In this document: piece by piece, positions 11,601 through 23,914 of the stretch
How positions within the stretch are numbered: position 1 is the stretch's first letter
Layout: the number at the start of each line of letters is the position of its first letter
Assembly: GCA_904063045.1 (NCBI GenBank)
Contig: CAJFCJ010000004.1
Span: 1,233,713 to 1,297,712, forward strand
Source of the DNA: Dimorphilus gyrociliatus
Lineage: Eukaryota > Animalia > Annelida
Direction: 5' to 3'
Length of the DNA stretch: 64,000 bases
Made by a program: the position numbers and the translations under genes
The notes under the pieces: generated by a model
Seen by the model: the letters and a program-made list of their open reading frames with translations, nothing else
Databases searched by the model: none
What the model was told of the DNA's origin: nothing

Positions 11601-14600
11601 ATATCACACGAAGGTACCTAATCAATAAATCAATTATGGGTAGGCCTTTATAATCTGTTTAGTTAGGAATTCTAGACAATACCTTTGAAGCGATTCGACC
11701 GATTGTTCTACTTATAAAGTGTTCAGTAGCTCGATCAGGGGTCAATACTAAAATGTATATTCCTTTTATAAAAAAATAGGAGAGGTAATGGAAACAGCTT
11801 TCTCTCTCTGTAACATCCCAAACTTCTATTGTATGTTCATTCTTGGCTGGAAAAAATAGATAGGAAAATTGATGATAAGTTGCAGTACTAGTTAATACTA
11901 TGATAAAAACAATCGTAACATTTAAATAAAAGCTAGTAGTTGCTTCATTTGAAGTAAAGAAATTTATGCGTTCTGGTTTAATGCTATTTTATGGTTAACT
12001 TCACTCAAAACACTCCTATTTACATCAAAGTTGAAAGAATCTTCAGTGACACAGAAAATATATTTATTACAAACGCTTTGACAATAATCCAAAGTTAGAT
12101 AAAACTCATAGATAATTAAAAATATCTATATCTATTTATATATAGATCATTGTGATATAAATAGTATATGCACACATGTTGATAGTATTTATCAAAGTAT
12201 ATTAAGTAACTTGAATCCGAGGAAAATCTATCGAATTCTGGAATAGCTGTGTAAAGACATCTAACAAATACCATTTAGCTGACTTTTGTTGCTATATATC
12301 CTAAGTAAACTTGATTCGATTCAGTCTACACTTCAATGAATATAATCAGGTATTGTTGTAATTGTATAATCAGCATTTTATACCTACTGTTGGAACTTAA
12401 AGCTAATTTTAAAAGATGGAATGATATATCATCCTAAAGAAATAATTGTTTCTTTTTAATATAAAATACAAGACTATAGCATGAAATGCAATATATAAAC
12501 TATTAGATTCTTTTTAATATTGAAACTAATTCATTTATACTGTTAATAAAGAATATTTAATAAGTTTTACAGATTTAAATGATGGAAAGCTAACCTGATT
12601 GTAATAGAGGCTGCCAACAATAGGAAACAAGACCGTCATTAAATTTCTTTCCATTATTGTTATTAGTAATTTTTAATAGTTTATGAATTAAATTAGTTTT
12701 CCCACTTTTTATGCAACCAATAAACGTCAATCTTGAGCAATTTAAAACTAATTTTTGGTAATATTCATTAAGTTTATATGGAAGTTGTTTCGGTAATGTT
12801 AAATAGTGTTGAGGTGGTTTTTTAATATTTTCGCATTGTCTAAAATCCAGATAGCTAAGTCTTTTAAAGGCTAAAAATGTCGGAGGTATCATTGTGATTT
12901 CTAAACAACCACAAAAATAGGCAGTCTTTAATCGTTTACAATGCAAAGCTATAGACCTTAGGCCAATATCACTAATTCTGCACTTAGAAACATTTATCAT
13001 CTCCAAATAGGTACAACCCTTTGCTAAGGCGACTATTCCAACATCAGTAACATTTTGGCAATTTTTTATATCAAGATGGCTTAACCTGGAGCTACAATTT
13101 GATGCTATAGTAGACAATGCATGATCTCCAATTTCAGTTGCTTGAAGAACTATATACCTAGAAAAAGACGGCAAAATGTAACAAAGGCAAAAAAAAGCTT
13201 CTCTCATTGGAGAACAAAGCAGAAATCAAGTGAATTACCTTATGAATTTACAAAACTGCAATAGGGTTGTTACATTAGAATCCGTTATTGAACTGTTTTC
13301 ACTTATATCTATTGATGTTAATGAGCCGCTGTAACATTCTGCTAAATATCTAATAGCATCATCATTAAATGTTCCTCCTCTTACCAAACCAAGATATCTT
13401 ATTTCTGAACCCACATTTTTAACCAAAATATTTATAACATCTTCTCCAGGTTCTAGGTATTTCCATTTAATCCACAGGGATGTCAATTTTTTACAATCTC
13501 TACCTAAAACTTTTAAGCAATACGTTGTTACTGGACAGTCACTTAATTTTAATTCGGTAAGATTAACACAATGTATAGATATAATTTCTAGTAAGGTGTC
13601 AGTAAAATTACAATCTACAGCCGTAAAGCTCATAAGAGTTTCACCGTAAGATGACATGAGATTTGATAATTCTTCATTAGTTACATCTTTGGTAATAATT
13701 AATGATGAAATATGTGCATTTTCCGATATGATAGACTGTAAAAATGGAAAATGTATAAATATATGCATATATATATATATATATATAAATATAGTGTATA
13801 CTAAAGATATAAAAGATATTGTTTATGGCAATAGCTCACAGATATTTAAGAAGAGAAACACCATATATTATTTCTAATGAATTATTTGTAAGTGTTAAAA
13901 AACATGACCTCCACCGTTTTATAAAAAATCATTTTCAATGGAAAAACGAATATTTTAATTCACCTACTAGATATTATACAACTATTCCATTATCCTAAAA
14001 TCAGGTGAAAAATTCCACAATATCATATAGCTTTGTAATATTTTTTTAAAAGAAAAACAAGCGTTTGTTTTCCTTTTGTTTTCCTTTTATAAAATAAAGA
14101 TTCTATCCTGAGTTATTCTACGTTTCTTATGCACTTAAACACAATATAATAATTAACGAGAAGAATAGTAGCTTCTTTTGTAGAAGAAAATGAAGGTTAT
14201 TTTATTATCATACTTCAATTATAATGCTTTACAAAACTCTACGAAAAAAGATAAGATTTCTTGAAAAGATCTTATGTTTCCTATAATATTTACTTTTCCA
14301 GCTTATTGTACATATGTATTCTTCTATTAAAAGGGGTATTGTACATAAGATTATAATATAAAGATTTTTCTAAGGCATTAATTGTTCCCTAAGTTAAGTA
14401 ATGTTTTCTTAATGTGTTGATTTCCAGGTGCTTTTGCTATGGAACCTAATATTTAATATCTTATTATCTAGTACACTAGATCAGGGAGACCATTCAATAT
14501 CCTTGAAATGGTTTTTGTTTATCTTCTTACCAACTGCAAATCGGTTCATTTCACTTCAGACATTCGGTCTAAGAATGAGGTCATTTTTGACTTTGTCTTA

Positions 14601-14827
14601 TGAAGCGAGGCTAAGGAAACTATAATATTAATCTAAACGTACACTCTTTTATATCGAACTTTGCACATACAAATATGTACAAGGACACATCTTTAAAAAT
14701 ATAAAATAATTAAAAAGTGATTAGTTACCTGCACATCAGTTTCTTTTGTAATTTTCACGGTTACAGACTCTGAAAATGGATAAGGAGTAGCATTGATAAC
14801 ACGTGGAAGAAGTTCATCCAATGACAT
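8636..14827 (-). CDS. Kinase-less ROCO protein: cysteine-containing (FBXL/AMN1-type) LRRs + MFHAS1-like Roc-COR + C-terminal CaaX (CVLL); 11 exons, about 1151 aa
   Basis: Exons 14827-14729, 13735-13239, 13157-12595, 11846-11683, 11617-11472, 11400-11131, 11065-10996, 10574-10113, 10022-9309, 9232-8936, 8809-8636. All introns are GT-AG and phase-consistent; total 3456 nt. LRRs such as LSHLDIKNCQNVTDVGIVALAKGC; P-loop GCIKSGKT; EVWDV at G3; COR-like WVEFC..., LWQ...LLLEMGII, HWKDG. Ends ...STVCVLL*. The exon 8 acceptor and exon 1 are the least certain. Confidence 0.85.
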
Positions 14828-14991
14828 TTTATTGTCTTTATTCTTAGTTAAGTAACCAAAAACTAACAAAAAATATAATTAACAGTAAATAGCTTTGTTT
14901 CGAATGAAAAATTTTCCCAAAAAAAGCACAGGTGCGTTTAGGAACGGATCTGAAAAAAAGATTATTTGCATTGGCACACACTCCTCGGCAG

Positions 14992-15005
14992 GTTACCATA
15001 GAAAC
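14992..15005. promoter_or_regulatory. RFX X-box-like element GTTACCATAGAAAC
   Basis: Matches the X-box consensus GTNRCC-AT-RGNAAC and lies 165-178 bp upstream of the predicted ATG (14827) of the LRR-Roc-CaaX gene. Confidence 0.6.
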
Positions 15006-15198
15006 AGTATGACGCGAGACTAGTGCCATACGTCCGTAATTAATGATTAGACGGATAGGTGTGCAATGTCCTCCTTAAAATCCTTTTCCTCTTTTCAATT
15101 CAAATGATTTTAAGAGAACAAAAATTACTAGGAATAAGTTTCCAATGAATAATAATCTGGATATTTTTCTAATTCTACTCTTTGACAAGTTTAAAATA

Positions 15199-15309
15199 TG
15201 ACGTCATGGAGTATATGCACTAAAGATACTTTTGTTATTGCTTTATTATTAGATACATTTTATTTATCAACTCTTCTAGGACTTTTCCTTATAAATATTT
15301 GTGACGTCA
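15199..15309. promoter_or_regulatory. Two perfect CRE palindromes TGACGTCA (15199-15206, 15302-15309)
   Basis: Exact 8-mers about 100 bp apart, 370-480 bp upstream of the ATG at 14827. Confidence 0.45.
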
Positions 15310-16295
15310 TAGCTATTCTGAGGATTTAATTACTGCTAATTTACAATAATAGTAAATAGATAGAGTTTATCTGACTCTATTTTCTCATAGAGAACAATCA
15401 TAACAATATTTTCTATACGGAAACGAAATTTATAGAAAGTTAAAGAAATATATTAAATTAGCAAGTTTTATATGAATTTAAACGAGGAATATATATTATA
15501 GCAAGAGTATACTTGAAAAGAAGCGGTGGTATTGATTAAAGAATTTTGGAGAAGAAACTTGACTTAGCTTAATAACTTGTATGATATTTGTACAGAGAGA
15601 AAGGTATTAATTTCTCTTAAATTTTGAAAGTGAATCTTACTTTTAACCTGAAAAAATTTCTTATTTACAAGCATAAATGTTTAAAAATCGTTCTTGATAC
15701 CTTTTCCATCAAAAAAACATAGTAATTAACTAATTTAACCTTCCTTACATAATCTTTGTATTTCAAATTGAATGATATATGCAATTGAATATTATAAATA
15801 GTGTTAGTTAGACAAGAAAAACATTCTATAATTATTATAAGGGATTACAAGGAGCACTAAATTAGTCTAATAATGGAAAGTTTCCATGTTGGAAGGAAAA
15901 ATCAGGTGAAAGCTACAACCTTGTTTAAATCTATTGAAAGTGACAAACTTGATAAGTAACCCTTAGCGGTTTTCGTTTTCTTGAGCAAGCATACGAAAGC
16001 CTATAAGATATTAGTACATATAAATTTATATATATACAGTATATATATATATATATATTTCATATTTCTCTTTATAATCGCATCATACTTTATCTACACT
16101 TATAGATTATCCCCTATATAGATTATTACTTTGTATTTCTCTTCCTGTATTAAATCTTAGAGCATAGAAAGAATGAAAGGGGAAGTTTTAGACAAAGAAG
16201 GGAAAAAGCATTATACGTCTCTTTTTATTTCCTCTAAAAAATTCCTTATTATAGAATACGCGAAAGGGTAATACTGGTATATTTACTGCAAAGTT

Positions 16296-18082
16296 TCAAG
16301 ATTCATAATACATATTCTTCATTTCTTCTTCAATAGCACTTTCTACATCTTCAGCAGGATTAGTCATCCATACCGGAAGTTTATAAACACGCATTCCATC
16401 AGTTGAAGTCAGAGCAAACAATCCTCCATTCCCAACAGCGCATGCGTAGGCGGAAGGGATGCCTTTTAATACTTGCTTTATAAAAACGCCCTTATTATCG
16501 AACATAGAAATTCTTTCATTGCCGGAATCAACTACGTAAATATTTCCAAAAATATCAACACACACGCCCCTTGGTTCCTTGATTTGGCCATCTTTATCTC
16601 CGGAACAAGCATACTTTTGAACTACTTTCCCACTTTTTTCGTCTACGACTTTTATGCAATCGTTAAATGAATCAGCTATATAGAGTAAGCCAGTTTGAGA
16701 AGAACATATGTATAAAGGATGATCGAACTCTTCCAGTTTATCTCCTCGTTTACCGCAAGAGAAAATGATCTAAAAATAAGATGAAAAAGTATTCTTTAGA
16801 AACTCTTAGTAATTTTATGTCCGCTGAAAGAGAAAGATGCTATTTAAATAAAAAGAAATTAATTGTCAATTAAAACTAATGAGTTTTTTAGAAAGAAAGA
16901 AGGATATTCATAAAGGGCAAAATCATGCACTGAAAGTCCCCAATGTGACATTCATAATAAAAGAGGTTATGTAAGAATTTTCCTCCGAGCATAATGTAGC
17001 TGTACTTTATTTCACAGACCTCCGATAACAAATAATGCCATTGTCTTAGACTGATCAATGCTAATGCAACCAAGCGGATATTTTAATAACGCATCGTTGT
17101 TACATACAATCAGAATATCTTGCCTAGTAACGAAAAATATAGAGATGGTGAATACATAAAAAAAATTTATAGAGGAATTAATAAGTAAATAAATTAACTA
17201 ATTAATTAATTAAAATCATTTATCCTCATTAGTTTGAGCTAATTCGCTGCTGTTGAAATCTTCTTCAATTAGTTTAAAGTCAAACATTAAGGAAATATTT
17301 TAACTCATCTAAACTCTTAATTACATTAATTTAACTTTAAGTTAATGAATTTCTTAAAACAAACCTGCCCGTTGATGTGGTGTACAGCCATATGATGGAG
17401 TTCTGAATCCGTTATTGCTAAACGATCATGAGATACTTGACAGATACCGTACGGTCTCATTAAAACATCCGAACCCCAAGAGGTTAAACAGCTTCCATTT
17501 TCAAGGGAAAATATCTTAATCATTTGCGAATCATCTGTGAGCGCAATATTATCTTCATTTTCGGAGCAACTTATGCAAATTGGTTTAAATTCTTCGTCGC
17601 CTATACTACTTGCTTCAATCCTGCTTTTCTTTTGTTCAAGTGCGGAGTTCATATCCATTAAAATAGTTTGATTTCTATCATGCTCAGCAACCTATTTAAG
17701 CGAACGTATTCGAATCGGGTATACTGTATGCCAGACACTAAAAAAAAGGAAATCTTACCGTTAAAATTCCATTATTTAACCAAGAGACATCAGATCTAAA
17801 AACATTATCTTGCACAGTCCATAATAGCTTACATTCATATTTTTCGTTGTTCGCCTTCTGTTCTTCTTCCTCAATCGATCTAGAATATCTCAGTTTGGCT
17901 GATAATCTCTTTTTTGATTTCACTTCACAAATATCTAAATTATCTACAAAATTGATATCAAGGTTGGATTTATTCGGTGAATTTAATATACGATTTATTA
18001 AATTCTCTTCATTTTTCTTAAGTTTATCTTGTAATTTTAAGGTATGTTTTTGTATTTTCTCTATTATGCTGGATTCCGCCAT
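16296..18082 (-). CDS. NHL-repeat (beta-propeller) protein with N-terminal coiled coil, TRIM-NHL-like C-terminal half; 3 coding exons, about 374 aa
   Basis: Exons 18082-17759, 17691-17365, 16769-16296, all phase 0. NHL repeats RPYGICQVSHDRLAITDSELHHMAVHHINGQ, FDHPLYICSSQTGLLYIADSFNDCIKVVD, KEPRGVCVDIFGNIYVVDSGNERISMFD. The start ATG is in an AAAATGG context, but the frame stays open upstream to an acceptor at 18199, so the N-terminus may be longer. Confidence 0.85.
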
Positions 18083-18675
18083 TTTATTTTTTCCTTTAAG
18101 CACTTCTATTAAAACTTCAGAGAATTTAAGAATCTCGTAATGTTTGTATACTTGTCCTAAAGTTCGTGTCAAAACTACGACATGAAGTATTTTCGTGCTC
18201 TAAGTCAATTAAAATGGAAAAGATAGATATTTAAATGTCTACTACCTAAATAAACATTCTTGTCGTTATTTATACTGTCGAATTATATGTAAAAGAAAAA
18301 TACTCGTTTGACGCAGATAAGTATAGATAATTCAGATAAGGAATATTATATAATATGGGTAATTAGCTTGTAAAATATAACATAAAGTCAAGGTTTCTTT
18401 TTTAATACGTTAATATAAAAACCTGATCTCTAATAAGAATTTACTACCAAGAAAAAATAGATATTTTATCATTTTTAATGAATACTTTACAAAATAAAAC
18501 ATTAAAAATCAGCAGGTCATATTCAAATGAAATGTTTAATAAATTTAAAGGTTATTGATAGCTTAAATTTATATAACGTATAGAGGATTGATGTTCAAAA
18601 TCAATTAAAGCCTTTGCAAAATCTGTTCTTTTTGGTAAAAAAAAATGAAAGGAGAAAAAGAGAACGTTTCCTCAC

Positions 18676-20445
18676 CTGAAAGGAAATTATCTCTGTACTG
18701 ATCATAACCCCTAATAAGTTCAGAATTTGAGCTTCGGTCTGCTGTAAATTATTTAATAAGATAATAATAAATTATGTTTATTCTGTATAAGTTTGTTAAT
18801 AATTTAATTATCGTAAATCGGCAGTTATTGTTATTATTTATGTTAGTAATCTATAATTATCGTCCATTAGGGATACGTTATAGTTTATAATTAGATAGCT
18901 GATGTTTAAAGACGGATAATCGTAATATATTGAAGATATTTATATCATAGAGAATCCAATAGTAAATCGACCGCTGCCTTATGTACGAATCTAGAAACAT
19001 AACTACTATCTCTATAATGAGAGGAGAGAAAAATAAATGCTGAAGGTGGAGCCACGACTCGAATGAAATTAATTGTTAATTTCTAGTATTTAACATATAT
19101 AAAGTATTCAGATATCGATAAGATTTGATGGGTTTCGTAAAAAAGAAAACAAAGGACTAGAGAACTATTCAATATTGTTTTGAATAAAAAAATGTCTTTA
19201 TTAAATCAGGAAACAAGAGAATAAATACAAGAATTGAATATAGTTTATATATATGTAATATTCATTTTTTTTACTTTTTGAATCATTCAACATTAAATTC
19301 AATAATTGAAAAGTTACGTAATAAAATTGAATTTATTATTTTTGATATAACTATTAATATTCTAAATTTGTATAACCCTATAGCGTGCTGTTAATAGAAT
19401 GTTTTTTTTTGTTTTTCCAAGTAAAATGCACAATAGAAACACAATTTTTATCCATCTAACTTTCTCACAAGTTACTCATTCATTGTTTGCATAGGGTAAA
19501 GCACAATATACACCAGACTTAATTTGGATTTTTTTCTTTTAGCTCTTTTTTGTTTTGCATTGGAAATTTTAAATAGAGGTATTTAAGGAGTATAGTAGAG
19601 ACAGAGACCTAATGAATTATAAATGTAAAAAAAAAAGAACAAAAAAAACAAACAAACAAACAAACAAAAGGAAAAACGATGAAAAGATTGAGTGAATATG
19701 AAAGATAATATCAATAAGCAAAGTAGGGAATGGGGTTAGAAAAGAAAAGAAAAAATACAAGGGTATTATTCGAAATGGTAAACAGATCATGGAATAAGGA
19801 GAGAAAATGCAAAAAATGTTTGCAGTGGCAGTGCGGAGTTTGTCTGAGATCAATTTCTTAAAAGCTTTGCAGTATTTCGCGTGTTTGGTGCTACGCCAAA
19901 CTATTACATTACGCTGACACAAGATGGCACTACTCCGTGCTCAGCACCAACGACAATACATGACAATACAAGAAGTACATTGTAGACATTAAGCAAATGT
20001 ACATTTTATATACACAATAGGAATACTAAACAGAAGCTAAGATAGATATATGACAATTTTGCTCTGATCTTTAGGCGTTATTCAAAGTTGTAAGCGATAA
20101 TTTTACACGTAAGCTGGGTTTATATTGGATGCATGCAAAATTCAAAAGGCGTTGAGTAGGAAATTAAAAAAAAAATTAATTTCGAAAAAAAGCTGCCTCG
20201 TGACTTGAAAGAAAAATTGCTGTGGAAAGTAGGTCATATTACAGACTGCCTTTTAAGTAAATGGCACACATTGATTTCGATCAATTTTTCTCATGCAATT
20301 TACTTCTATAAGACTTCTTTTTTAAAAAATATATCCGTTCATATTGAAAAAGAAACTTATTATAAACAACTTTTTTAAAATTAATCACAAAATAAACGAT
20401 TAAATTATATATTTTAATTTAGATGATTCTGCCCCTTGACTCACC
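18676..20445 (-). other. Probable upstream (5' UTR or coding) exons of the NHL gene: 18741-18676 and an exon ending at 20445
   Basis: Acceptor TTTACAG| and donor CAG|GTGAGG delimit a 66-nt exon; strong donor AGG|GTGAGT at 20444. No transcript evidence. Confidence 0.4.
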
Positions 20446-22753
20446 CTGACAAGTTCTTGAATATTTTATAAAGAAACGCTGTTAATTAACAGCAGAACGA
20501 ACTAAGCGATTATTTATCAACTTGGCGTTGGTTTGAATGATTGATGATCGATGGTGAGCGAGGAAAAAAATTTGTTTTTTTTTTCTTTTTTTTTTGATTA
20601 ATTAATACTGACGTTCGGAAAGATTTTGTGACATTTAACTTTTATATGTACTGTGCATATTATATATACTGAATATATCATATATATTCTGCATATAGTG
20701 TATTTTCAATATATATATATATATTAGTATATATATATATATATATAGATATATATATATAGAGTTTTTAAATAGTATATATAAATGAGAAGATATATCC
20801 CAATTGCGAATATAATTTTCCATTCGTTTGCTAAGTTACTACTTTCCATCTAAATTCCGTTCAATGACTTCTTATCATCTTGCAAACTATGTTTATCTAT
20901 TGAAAAGATGAAAAAAAGGGATGACTGAGATATGTCTTCTATTTGAGATCTCCACAAAATGAGTATTGATTATAATAAAAAATGAGCAATAGCATTGATA
21001 TAATAAAGATCCTTAACACTGTTTGACTGACTATAAAGTTATAGTTATGCATTCAATTTCTCGTTAGGTGGCACCACTAAAAGTCAATGCAGTTATGACT
21101 ATAAGCATCATTTAAATGGGCTCTTAATAATAGTTGATTCATTGAGAAACCGAATTAGTTCCCCAATGTTTCTTTTAGAAAATGACTTCGGGAGTATCAT
21201 TAAAAACTCTCATAGCTCTTGGGTAGAAAAGGAAAGCCTTGCAAATGCATAGATAAATAATTTAGTTAGGATTTTGAATCCCAATGACTAAAGAGTAATA
21301 TCTTTGATAAATGTCAAGGAATTCCTATCTGTCACTCATAGACTGGAAGGTTACCTTTTTTTAAATACCACTTTTTCCCATTTTCCTAATCCAATACTTT
21401 TCGGATTTCCCAAAAGTTTTTCTTTATTTATTAATTATCCTTTTGCCGAATTGTATCCTAATAGCATTGCTATAGTTCCTTAATGTTAATTCGTAAAGGT
21501 CTTGCAAGAGATTATGTACCAATATTTATTGGCCATTGAAGCATCTGCCTTACATCATGGAGAAAAATCAATATGTTTGTAATAATAATTTAAATATGGA
21601 TTTTTTCTGCGGCATAGTCGGCGGAAATCCAAAAATTGCTTTCCAACTAAAATAAATGTAGATTTAAAATGCTACTTTAATCGACAAAAAACGTGGTCCT
21701 TTCTTTGAGTTTTATATATTCTCATTTACTATACGAACAATAGTAAATAATTAATCAATCAATTCATTAATCAAATAATTAATTCATTTAAAATCTTTCG
21801 ACTAGTATATTAAAAAATAGTTGATTATGTACAAAATGTACATCATATTTTGTGAATATTTGTTACAAAAGTTAACTTTAATCAACATATTGTTAATGAT
21901 AATAATTAGAAAGTTTTATAAAACATCAGAATTTTTTCCTAAAGAAAATAGAAAAATTAAAAACAAAAATAAAAGATGAGTGAAACTAAAAGGAAATAAG
22001 TGAGAAATATAAAATAACGCCCAGAGAAGGAAAGAGTATGAAATTTAATCATCTTTTTACCTGCCTTAAGAGTTAAAGTCGACTGATAAAAGGAATTCTT
22101 TCAACTTAAAAAGTTACTTAAAAAAATCATTTTAGTACCTTGTATCTACTTTACCAAAGCAACTGCATTGATTTTTGGGCAGCCATAATAGTTTTTTTTA
22201 ATACTCTATTATAATATTTTTATCATCTATAAAAATTTTAAATTTACCATATTATTTCTCATCTAAATCAATAAATTACTTGATTGATTTTAATTAAAAT
22301 AAAAAAAAACCTAATTTACTTTCAAATAGAAATACTTCGAAAAGAAAAAAAGTCAATTTGTGGAATAAAAATTTCCTCAATGGAATATGAAAGTAATAGC
22401 TTTCTTCAGGATTTATTACTGCATTATTCTTTAGCTTTTTATAGCTATTTCTTTTGCATAATATGAATTTACTGATAAATATATATATGCTGCATACACA
22501 TAGATATACAAGTATAGACAGCATATAGACATACGTATTTATACGTTTACGATTTCACTTCTTAGTTCCTAAACTACTTCCACAATTAATTCTTTAAAAT
22601 AATTAAAGAAATATTTAAAAAAAATGTGGAAATAAATATTTAAAATTCCTTTTGAAAATTATTAATTAATTATTAAGAGATCAGAGCAAAAACATCAAAT
22701 TCTTACCATGTGTTTTTTTTTCGAAGAGAAAATGAAAAAGAAATATATACATA

Positions 22754-22804
<51 letters not shown>

Positions 22805-23914
22805 CTGAAGGTAAAAATTTTGGCCGCACCTTACTCGCCCTAAATGTGCATAATCTAATTATATATACATGAGATCGCAGTTTAGTCCCGAATGCAGCAA
22901 AATAACAAAAGCTCAATATTTTCTAACATTCTCACCAAGTCTGTTAATCTTCTATTTTTTCTTTCTATTTCTGTCAGTCTCTCTTTCTTCCTTTTTTTCT
23001 CTTTCTTCCTCTTTTTCTCTTTCTCCCTCTCTTTCTCTCTCTCACTCTTTCTGTCTTAACAGTCAGTCTTTGTTTTAGTTTCAATTTCTATCTTCTTCCT
23101 TCTTCATCTTTCTTGTGACGTTTTAATTCACTGCCATTTTTTCTGCCTAATCTTGTATTTTTCCTCTTTTTATCAACTGATATGGAGACGAAACGGCAGA
23201 TGAAGTATTACCAGAAAGAGTTTAAGAAGAGATTGAGAGAGTTTATACTTTTCCCAAGAAACGTCTTCTTAATGAGCCGCCTTACTCCGTTTTCAAAATT
23301 TGCCTGGAGAAGACCTCATTATTAAATTCAGTTCAATAGATAATTTCCTTCTGATACAGATATTTTTTTGTAGTTATTAATTTTTCTCTATTCGCAAATA
23401 TTTTCGTTAATTAGATAGCTGACTTATTGATAGAGAAAATCAGTTGTGACTCCATTTGATTGTGGTTTATATATTTTGCTGTACATTGTACAGATGCCTA
23501 AAAGCATCAGAAAAAAGTCTATAATCTAAATACCATATTTCACCGTTATATTTCAATTGTTTGCTACCAAATATCAGACTTGAGTGTTCTATTACATTTC
23601 CAAGCTTATTGAAATTATCCGTATTGCTGGCGGAAACAGGAGAGTAACGGAGAAGCATTTTCTTCTAAAGAAAATGAAGATGGATTTTTTGATGTCCAAA
23701 ATGTACTTTAAGAACAAGAGATATGATGTGTGATCAGAAGAACAAAAATAATAACCAGTTTCAATAAGGAATAAAACACAAGTCTAACAATCGAACTTAT
23801 TCCGTTCCTTAACAGAACAATAAAACTATGAATGTACACGAGATCGCAGTAAAAGTCTGGAATGCAGTAACAGAAAAATTTGAAACTCTTTGTTTTTTTT
23901 TGTTTTTTTTTGTA

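Noticed and set aside
14401-14640. GC-richer patch in intron 1 of the CaaX ROCO gene as a possible extra exon
   Set aside because: All three minus-strand frames contain stops after the candidate acceptor, and exon 1 joins exon 2 in phase without it.
16888-17125. Apparent exon (good acceptor near 17124, 61-aa ORF) in the NHL gene
   Set aside because: Phase-0 entry hits a stop after 7 codons, while the direct join 17365>16769 gives a perfect NHL repeat (NGQ|IIFSCGKRG).
19818-19840. TTTGCAGTGGCAGTGCG resembling the U4 snRNA 5' end
   Set aside because: The match is short and the downstream sequence has no U4 structure or Sm site. No tRNA, rRNA or snRNA was recognised in the window.
19941-19957. 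TCAGCACCAACGACAA resembling a REST/NRSE site
   Set aside because: Only the left half matches, and REST is not expected in this kind of invertebrate.
23467-23658. 63-aa minus-strand ORF downstream of the ANK-ROCO stop as a further exon or gene
   Set aside because: The ROCO frame already ends in a stop after a conserved-looking terminal motif; no recognisable homology.
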